Shown piece by piece: positions 55,823 through 64,000 of a stretch of DNA of 64,000 nt. The position numbers and the translations under genes are program-made. This DNA is from Amoebidium appalachense (taxonomy: Eukaryota; Protista; Ichthyosporea): the NCBI GenBank assembly GCA_963693365.1, contig CAVNZM010000009.1, positions 6,381,045 through 6,445,044 on the forward strand, given 5' to 3'. A model generated the notes under the pieces. That model ran no database searches. It was given only the letters and a program-made list of their open reading frames with translations, and was not told where the DNA came from. How positions within the stretch are numbered: position 1 is the stretch's first letter; every line of letters begins with the position of its first letter.

Positions 55823-57271
55823 ATGTGCGACCTTCACTCAGACACCAAGGAGGCCCAGGCAGCGCGCTTTGAGCAGCTGAAGGGCAAGAATCTGCTGTGG
55901 CTCACCTGCTACTACACAGCCGAAAACTACGATGATGTAAAACCCCTCATCCAGGGCGTTGTTGACCTTGGGGTGCAGATTAATGTTGTTGTGGGGGCCA
56001 CCGAGGCAGACAAAGGTCTCGCCCAAAAAATGACCGCCGACGGCCTTGCCGCCGGTGTCGTCATCGCCGACATGTCCAATGACTCCACCGCTTGCAACAA
56101 CATTTACGACGCTGCCATGGCCACAGGGATCACTTACGATGCCGTTTTTTCCCCTCACGAAGTCGTCCAAACACTCATCGGTGAGCTTTCGGAGCGCATG
56201 TCTCTCCCCGGAAACACCGCGGCAGCATATTGCAACGCACGCGATAAGCGCATCTCTCGTCAGGTGTGCACGGAGGCCAAAATTCCTAGCCCCCGGTTCG
56301 GCCGCATCACTACCGAAGCAGACATCGAAGGCGTTGTTGAACATGTAGGCCTTCCCCTCGTTCTCAAACCGTCGGCCGGCGCGGCGTCCGAGGGGGTTTA
56401 CAAGTGCAGCACACTCCAGGAGGTGCGCGCACGTTTCCTTCAGATCGAGGAGGAGGCGAAGAACAACCCGACCATGTCATGGAACCCCGGCCTCGACTGC
56501 TGCATCCTGTGTGAGGAGTACATTGATGGGGCAGAGTTCGATGTTGATCTTCTTCTGTGGGACGGAGAGATGGTTTACGGAAACGTCATTGATAACTGGC
56601 CGACTATGGAGCCTACGTTCCTCGAAACGGGGAGCAACTGCCCGTCTGTCTTCAGCCCCAAAATTCAAAGGCAGCTCATTGATTACTCCCTTGCGTGCGT
56701 GAAGGCGCTCGGGTTCAAGCAGGGTTGCTTCCACGTCGAGTGCAAGTATTCGATGAAGCCCAGCCGTGTGTCTGTCGACGAAGATGGCGATGTTGTTGGC
56801 CAGCCCCTTCTTATTGAGGTCAACCCCCGTATGGGCGGCGGCCGCACGCACTATTTCCACAAGAACGTTTTCGGCGTCGATTTGTTCGACAACTTCCTTA
56901 TGACGGCGTGCGGTATTCCCATCAACCCACCCAAGGTCGCCGAGCCCATTCAGTGCCTCGCCGACTACGACATCTGCGCCGAAAAGACGGGAATTCTCCT
57001 TCATAACAGGTGGCTTGATCATGTTAAGGCACACCCGCAGATGCTTCAGTGCGAGGTTTATGTCGAGCCCGGGACCAAGGTTAAGGGGGCCGATACTGGT
57101 ATCCCTGAGTGGTTGGGTGTGATGATTCTTAAGGGTAGCACACCGGAGGAGGTGGTTAGCACGCTCCACGCAATCATTGAAACTGTAAACCCACCCATTG
57201 TCCCCGAGGGAGCCGAAAAGGAGACGAAGAAGGTTGAGAACGTGGTGGAGCCTCTGGTTGTCGCTGCATAG
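55823..57271 (+). CDS. Intronless ATP-grasp ligase, carnosine-synthase/L-amino-acid-ligase-like (paralogue B), 482 aa
   Basis: Intact ORF from ATG 55823. Motifs: ARDK..SR, LPLVLKPSAGAASEGV, EEYIDGAEFDVD, DNWPTMEPTFLETGSNCPS, FHVECK, LIEVNPRMGG. TATAAA at 55694. Confidence 0.93.
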   Translation: MCDLHSDTKEAQAARFEQLKGKNLLWLTCYYTAENYDDVKPLIQGVVDLGVQINVVVGATEADKGLAQKMTADGLAAGVVIADMSNDSTACNNIYDAAMATGITYDAVFSPHEVVQTLIGELSERMSLPGNTAAAYCNARDKRISRQVCTEAKIPSPRFGRITTEADIEGVVEHVGLPLVLKPSAGAASEGVYKCSTLQEVRARFLQIEEEAKNNPTMSWNPGLDCCILCEEYIDGAEFDVDLLLWDGEMVYGNVIDNWPTMEPTFLETGSNCPSVFSPKIQRQLIDYSLACVKALGFKQGCFHVECKYSMKPSRVSVDEDGDVVGQPLLIEVNPRMGGGRTHYFHKNVFGVDLFDNFLMTACGIPINPPKVAEPIQCLADYDICAEKTGILLHNRWLDHVKAHPQMLQCEVYVEPGTKVKGADTGIPEWLGVMILKGSTPEEVVSTLHAIIETVNPPIVPEGAEKETKKVENVVEPLVVAA

Positions 57272-57743
57272 ACTCCACTGGGGGGGGGGGGGGGGGGGGG
57301 GGGGGGGGTCATGTAGATTTTCTTTTATATAGTATTGTGGTTTCTTGGTAATTCTGAAAAGTAATTCGAATGTATGAGTATGGGCTGGGCCGCAATGGTG
57401 GTTTTTTGCTGCCAGTTAGTCTAAGTATATAGCATGTGTATGAATGTATGCGCCAGTAAACTCATAGGCACACTGTTACTTATAACTCTGTTATTAAACT
57501 CCTGAGAACGTGATATAGGCCGGGAAGCCAACCGTCTGCCGTCTACTAGATGGCCCAAATAAACGGGAGATAATGTTTCATCATTTTGTCGAATCTGTTG
57601 ACAGTTCTGAGTTGCCTCATTGTACTGTGTGCCACGGTGGATGCGCTCTTCTCCTTTCTGGGTGGCGAAAAATCACGCGGAAAAATCATAAGCGGGGGGA
57701 ATAAATTGGCAAATTAAGGTGAACACTCTTGAGGGTCAGTGCA

Positions 57744-57995
57744 TTCTGCGGTACAATATGAATGTACACGATTCTGCTGGTGTTCCTGATTCATTTACAT
57801 GGAAACTGGCAGTGGGGTTTATTTGTACCATTTTTATATCGTAACACAATTAGTCCCCATACGCATCGGTTCTGCAGTACAATATGAACGTACGCGATTC
57901 TGCTGGTGTTCCTGATTCATTTACATGGAAACTGGCAGTGGGGTTTATTTGTACCATTTTTATATCGTAACACAATTAGTCCCCATACGCATCGG
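57744..57995. repeat. Tandem duplication 2 x 126 bp
   Basis: ttctgc(g/a)gtacaatatgaa...catacgcatcgg at 57744-57869 and 57870-57995, with three substitutions. Confidence 0.95.
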
Positions 57996-58523
57996 CTCTT
58001 GGCCGTGCTTTATATATAGGGGGGCTGATGTTATCAGGTAGCACCAGTTTGAGTGCTAAACGTATCCATCGGGGCCCAGTCACTCAGATATATAAGTAGC
58101 GCATAAAATTAATATGGGCTGTGTGAATGTGCTTGCGTGCAAGGTGCATGTGTAGCATAATGAAATACGTTCAATATTGATTGTTACTGGTTGACTGTTC
58201 GTCAACTATAGTATCAAGCAAAGCATCATGCCTTGTGCATGATTAAGAAGAGGGGGGAAGGAAGGTGGGGGGGACGGTGTGTGTGTGGGGGGGAGGGGGA
58301 GGGGGAGAAGGCTGATGGGAGGGAGAGAAAGGGCCGGATGTAGGGGAGGGGATCGGGGGGGTGTGGGGGTAGGGGGGGGGGGGGGGGAGGGGGGGGGGAG
58401 AGAAACGGAGCTAAGAGAGGGAGAGCGAGAGAGAGGAGAGAGCTTCGGCAAATGAGAAAGATAAAGACTCGGAGAGAGAGAGAAAGAGAGCCTCGACAGA
58501 GAGAGAGAAAGAGAGAGAGAGAG

Positions 58524-58571
<48 letters not shown>

Positions 58572-58590
58572 ATGTGTGTGTGACGCGTGT

Positions 58591-58621
<31 letters not shown>

Positions 58622-58770
58622 GGGGGGAGGGCGTGTGTGTGTGTGTGTGCGTACGCATGCGTGTGTGGTGGCGGCAGTGGTAGTGCCGCATGTGTGTGGG
58701 AGGGTGAGTTCTTTTATGTTTGTGCTTTTGTTCCCCCCCTCTCTTTTCTTCTTTTTGTTCCTATGGGCCG

Positions 58771-58854
<84 letters not shown>

Positions 58855-59122
58855 ATCCCATAGAGAGGGGGAGGGGGCAGGGGGAGAAGGAGGGATGCCT
58901 CAGGGATGGGAGAAGAGGAAAGAAGGGAGGGGGGGGGGGGGGGACGGAGGGAGGGGGAAGGGGGGGTAGCTGGCTGGCTGGGGGGGGGAAACTATTAGAA
59001 TTAGAATTATTGGATTTGAAATTTCCCGCCCCATCCCTGTTACACTCTCCCGCTAAACCCCCACCACCACCAAACAACCACGCCTCGGGGAGCTCTACCC
59101 AAGTGTGTGTGCGAGTGTAGGG

Positions 59123-59163
<41 letters not shown>

Positions 59164-59796
59164 GGGGGCTGGGGGCTGGGGGTTAACGGTTTCATTGAAT
59201 CCGATTTTCATATGGTTACGACTTGCATATGGATGAAGGGAAAAGTTGGAGAGGGGGGAGGGGGAGGGGGGAGGTGGGAGAGGGGGGGGAGGGGGGGAGA
59301 TTTGGAGCAGTCCCATAACAATAGCTTTTGGCCGCAGGGTTGGGAGGGGGGCAAGGAACATGCTGTGAGGGGGGCCGGCTTGGGGGGGGGGGGGGGATGG
59401 GGTGGGACGGCGGAGGGGAGCGGGGAGGTTTGGGGGTTCAAGAAAGGTGAAATTGACTGACTGCCCCCCCTCCCCCCTCCCCCCTGCCCCCCGCGCCGAA
59501 CCCCCCCTCCACCCACCCACCCACCCTCGGCACGTGCACCCCTCTGTCTCCATCTCTTCAGGACCTGGTTTCTCCCCGCTCCGGCCCTCCCTACGACCCC
59601 AGGTCCCAAAATCAAATTCCTGATGCTTGATCTTGTCAGTGGGTGCAAGATTGAATTTTTGATTTTTTGCCAAATGTTTCATATGCATGTTTCAATGATG
59701 AAGGCCAACGCTAAGGCACCTAAAATGAAAAACTATAGGAATACGGCAAGTCGCGAGGTCTTTCTTTGGAGCGCCTGACCTGTTTTTTTTTTTTTT

Positions 59797-59841
<45 letters not shown>

Positions 59842-59925
59842 CTCTAAAATTCTTCCGCAACTCGGTTGAAACGGTTAAACTGAGGCGTGTTTGCCTGCCT
59901 GTAAGCTGTGTGTGTGTGTGCGTGT

Positions 59926-59956
<31 letters not shown>

Positions 59957-60062
59957 GGGGGATGAGAGGGGGAGAGAGGGGAGGGAGGGGAGAGGGGTTG
60001 TGAAGGAATGGGCCGGGAGGGGGGGTTGTGGGGGGGGAGTTGGGGAGGGGGGAGGGAGAGAG

Positions 60063-60097
<35 letters not shown>

Positions 60098-60437
60098 TGG
60101 CCACGGGAAAGTGTGCACTTAGGCTCTGCCGTCGGTACTGAGTTATTTGGGTAGTTTACATACGGGATCACTGAATTTTCATCCTTCTCAAAGTTTTTTT
60201 TTACTCTATTTTTAAAAGGTCTAAGATGTGGATGCTATCAATAGTGGACCTGCTGCAAGGGAATTGCTCCGGGCTTGTAATGGGTAGGTTACGTTTTTTA
60301 TTCTTGCCGAGCATGTTTTTAATATGCCAGAAACGAAGATTGACTCTCAGAGCGCGTTTCAACCCGGTCCACTTACCGAGGGACGGGTGGATGTAGCCCG
60401 GTGGGTGGGTGGGTGGGTGGTGAAGGGAAGGGGGCCG

Positions 60438-60468
<31 letters not shown>

Positions 60469-61647
60469 AGGGGTGATTCGGAAGAAGGGGTTGGGGTGGG
60501 GAGGGGATGAGGTGGGGGAGAGGGGGGGGGGGGGGGAGGGAGGGAGGGAAGGGGGGGGGGGGGGGGGGGGGGGGGGAGGGACATATGCATAATGCCGTTG
60601 GCGAGATGAGGGCTTTAGTTATTATAATAGTCGGATATTTATGCCTCTGCGGAAGTTCTCAGTCAAGGCCTCTAAACAGGTATTCATATGTATTGGTTTC
60701 GGATTAGGCCAAGAGGATTTAGAAACCATAACTTCTTGTCATACACAATCGAGACGTGTTTAAATGGCTTTGTGTTGAGCCTCGGAGTTGGGAGGATCTA
60801 GACCGTCTTCGACCACAGATTGGCGGTGGGTAACAGTTCTGTGCGAGGTACAAAATAGACATGGGCTGTATAGAGAAAGAAAAGGAGAAGTGTGTGAGGT
60901 GAATGGTGTACACGTGTAAATCCTAAGGGAATGTTGAGTCTAAAACTCATTGGAAATGGGGGTAATAATGATGTTGAACTTCGAGCTCTTCGAGTTACGT
61001 TTCCTCAAACGTACCCGGGCCTCTCGTTCCCCGGTCCTTCACCCCCCTCATTATGAGTAACTTACCGGGTTATTTGTGAGGAAGGAAGTGGAGGGGCCGG
61101 GGGGAGGGGGGGGGAGGAGCTGGAGGGAGGAGAGAGAGAGAGGGACTAGATCCGGGAACGAATGGCATATCTAATAGAGGCATACCACTAGGCAAACACC
61201 CACACGTCGCGGCATGCACACAACTTGAAGGGAAGGCTCGAACGGACTGGCATACACTCATAACACCGACGGTGCATACTGTCCAACCGGCATACATGTG
61301 TTCACATATGCATACCACTCACGCACGTTCAAAAGAGCTATGAACCGACGGATTGCAGACATAAATACTCTTCCACACAAACAAGTACATGATTTGGTAG
61401 ACTCTTTGATATACTCTTCTATTGTACTGTACCGCACATTCTCGCATAGGCCTGCACACGCACACTTTGCAGCTGGCCCGCGGCGCGCCAAACAAATTCG
61501 CAAATCCAGCCCGGTACACACACAGGATGCACAAAAAAATAAGTTTGCACATGTCACAACTTTTTTATTAAGGAGGAGACTCGATCCGTAATAGAGATAC
61601 ACCAACGGTGTATGTGTGTGCAAACGGGTGTGTGTGTGTGCGTGTGT

Positions 61648-61714
<67 letters not shown>

Positions 61715-61779
61715 CGCGCGTGTGTGTGCGTGGTGCGTGTTTGAGTTCATGTGTGTGTGTGTGTGTGTGTGTGAAAGTT

Positions 61780-61841
<62 letters not shown>

Positions 61842-61892
61842 TGCGTGCGTGCGTGGTGCGTGTGTGAGTTTATGTGTGTGTGCGTGTGTGAA

Positions 61893-61924
<32 letters not shown>

Positions 61925-62401
61925 TGCGTGCGTGTGCGTGTGTGTGTGTGTGTTTGTGTGTGTTTGTGCGTGCGTGTGTGCGTGTGTGTGTGTGTGGTTG
62001 TGTGTAGGGGCGAGAATAAGAACAGAAGGGTAGCCGGTGGGGTTTGGACGTGGCTAATGGGGCGGCTACAAACGTTTTATTTTCATTTTGGGATTGGGTG
62101 AGGGGGTCGGCCACCGTGAGTGGGGAGAATGGGGAGGGGAGTGAGAGGTTGGTGGTGGCTTTGTGCACATCTGCTTCTTTGCCTGATTCAGCACAATGTT
62201 TCCTATTGACACCAATTAATCAGTGACTCAAGCTCGAGGAATAACTACAATGAAGATCTGGATCATAGGCTTGTCTATCAGTGTGTGAAGGCTCGCGCGC
62301 GTGCCACGGTACATGCATGTGTGCTTCTGGGCCACTGGGGAGAGGGGATCCGGAGGTTGGCCAAGGGGAGGGGGGGAAGGGGAGGGGGAAGGGGGGGGAT
62401 C

Positions 62402-62440
<39 letters not shown>

Positions 62441-62453
62441 GGGAGGGAGGGGG

Positions 62454-62521
<68 letters not shown>

Positions 62522-62538
62522 TGAGAGAGAGAGAAAGG

Positions 62539-62594
<56 letters not shown>

Positions 62595-63188
62595 GATAGA
62601 GAGAGGGAGAGAGAGAGAGAAATAGAGATAGAGAGAGAGAGAGAGAGTGTGTGTGTGTGTGAGAGAGAGAGAGAGAAAGAGAGGGAGGGAGAGAGAGAGA
62701 GAGGGAGAGATAGAGGGGGGGGGGGGGTGCGGGGGTGCGGCGGCGGTGGTAGTGGGGAAAGGTAGGGGAAGAGGTTTACTACATTGTTACAATGTGTTGG
62801 AGCTGTGAACTCAAAAGAATGAATAACACTTTGGTGCAAGCATGCTACCTGTAAGTTCTATAAGTTCTCAGTTCCGAAGTCTTCTCCCTTGTCTGCAAGT
62901 TGCCAACGGTTCAAATTTTCGCTCACTTGAACATGAACGCAATCGCTGGCATGTACTCTGGCATGTGTGTGCACATTCCAATGGGTTAGCTTTTATCCAA
63001 TCGCCCGATCTCATTAATAAAGCTCGATATCATTGGGTGAGAGAACAGCAGTTAATGAGTTGTAATGAGTTCTCATTAGCCTATTGGTCGCCGCCCAGCA
63101 GCAACGGCACACAGAGATCGAAAGCGAACGGCGCGCCCTGTGTCGCTCCTTTCACCTCACGGGATTCCCGGTCGGATAGCAGGCGAAG

Positions 63189-63851
63189 ATGGTCAAGTTT
63201 TTGAAGCAGGGGAAGGTTGTCATCCTTCTCGGCGGCCGCTACGCCGGCAAGAAGGCCGTCATCGTGAAGAATATCCTTTTAATGTTTTTTTGGGGGGGAC
63301 ACGGATGGATGTGGATGCAGGTGGATAGAGGGGATGTAGAGGGTGTTGGAAGAGGGAAAGAGATTAGGGCTTATTTAGGGCAGGTCGATGCATCGGGGGA
63401 GTATCCGAAGCATCCGGATACATCCACGGGGTTATGAAGCAGGTCCGGCGACATCGCCGCCCTTCTGTGTCTGCCGACTTGGTGTCAGCGAATATGCCCC
63501 TTTTGTACGCTGTGATGCTGTGCAGAAGGGGCTGTGATGCTGTGGTCGTTGTGTCATTGCTTAATGTGGTTGGTGTCATGGGGAAGTGTCTTCTTATACT
63601 GCGTTGTGTATTGGATTGGTGTTGCTTTTTTTTGCATGTCTTTATAATCCAGCATACATTGTGGCCCTTAACCACACTGTACACTACGATGATGGCGACA
63701 AGGAGCGCAAGTACGGCTATGCCGTCGTTGCCGGGGTGGAGCGCTACCCGCTGAAGGTCACGCGCAGCATGGGCCAGAAGCGCATTGCCAAGCGCTCCAA
63801 GGTCAAGTCCTTCGTCAAGGTCGTCAACTACAGCCACCTCATGCCCACCAG
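63189..63851 (+). CDS. RPL27: 60S ribosomal protein L27 (eL27), first two coding exons; gene continues beyond the window
   Basis: Exons 63189-63270 and 63683-63851 give [54 protein letters not shown]...[13 protein letters not shown] donor follows at 63852. Confidence 0.97.
63271..63682 (+). other. U12-type (minor spliceosome) AT-AC intron in RPL27
   Basis: 5' site ATATCCTTT, branch point CCTTAAC at 63666-63672, 3' site AC 10 nt downstream. Removal restores AAG AAC TAC GAT (K-N-Y-D). Confidence 0.93.
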
Positions 63852-64000
63852 GTAAACAAAACATGCTTGGCAGGTTGCGTCAACAGGGCAGGTCTACGGA
63901 GCCGACACGCTCGTCGAGTTGTAGTGTAGGAGCCTCCGGATACAGGCAGGGAATTCACGGTTACACCAGCATTGAGCTTGTCAGCTTTGAGTGGAATGGC

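Noticed and set aside
60760-61591. Possible retroelement zinc-knuckle/endonuclease relics (minus PCLFCTSHRTVTH; plus ORF 61298-61591)
   Set aside because: The motifs are incomplete and on opposite strands. Too weak to call without a profile search.
63380-63660. snoRNA inside the RPL27 intron
   Set aside because: Some short hairpins are present, but no convincing C/D or H/ACA box arrangement was found by eye.

Overview
Eukaryotic nuclear DNA with very microsatellite- and homopolymer-rich introns. The taxon cannot be fixed from sequence alone; a unicellular opisthokont relative is an inference. Almost all of the supplied ORFs are simple-repeat artefacts. Manual splicing gives three complete intron-rich genes: an acyl-protein thioesterase/LYPLA (5 exons, minus strand), a TTC14-like S1+TPR protein (14 exons, minus) and DPH2 (14 exons, plus). 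The window ends in the 5' part of RPL27. A microsatellite-poor island holds two divergent, intronless carnosine-synthase-like ATP-grasp ligase paralogues, one with a +1 frameshift. Mobile DNA includes LINE relics, a Harbinger/Tourist-like MITE and a non-coding repeat family anchored at G/C tracts. The most notable signals are: (1) a textbook U12-type AT-AC intron in RPL27; (2) polarised intron architecture, with G/(GT)n after donors and complementary C/(CA)n before acceptors that often lack a pyrimidine tract; (3) the intronless ATP-grasp pair; (4) a near-identical ~590-bp inverted repeat bracketing DPH2 exons 3-5; (5) a pre-miRNA-like intronic hairpin and a structured intergenic RNA candidate.
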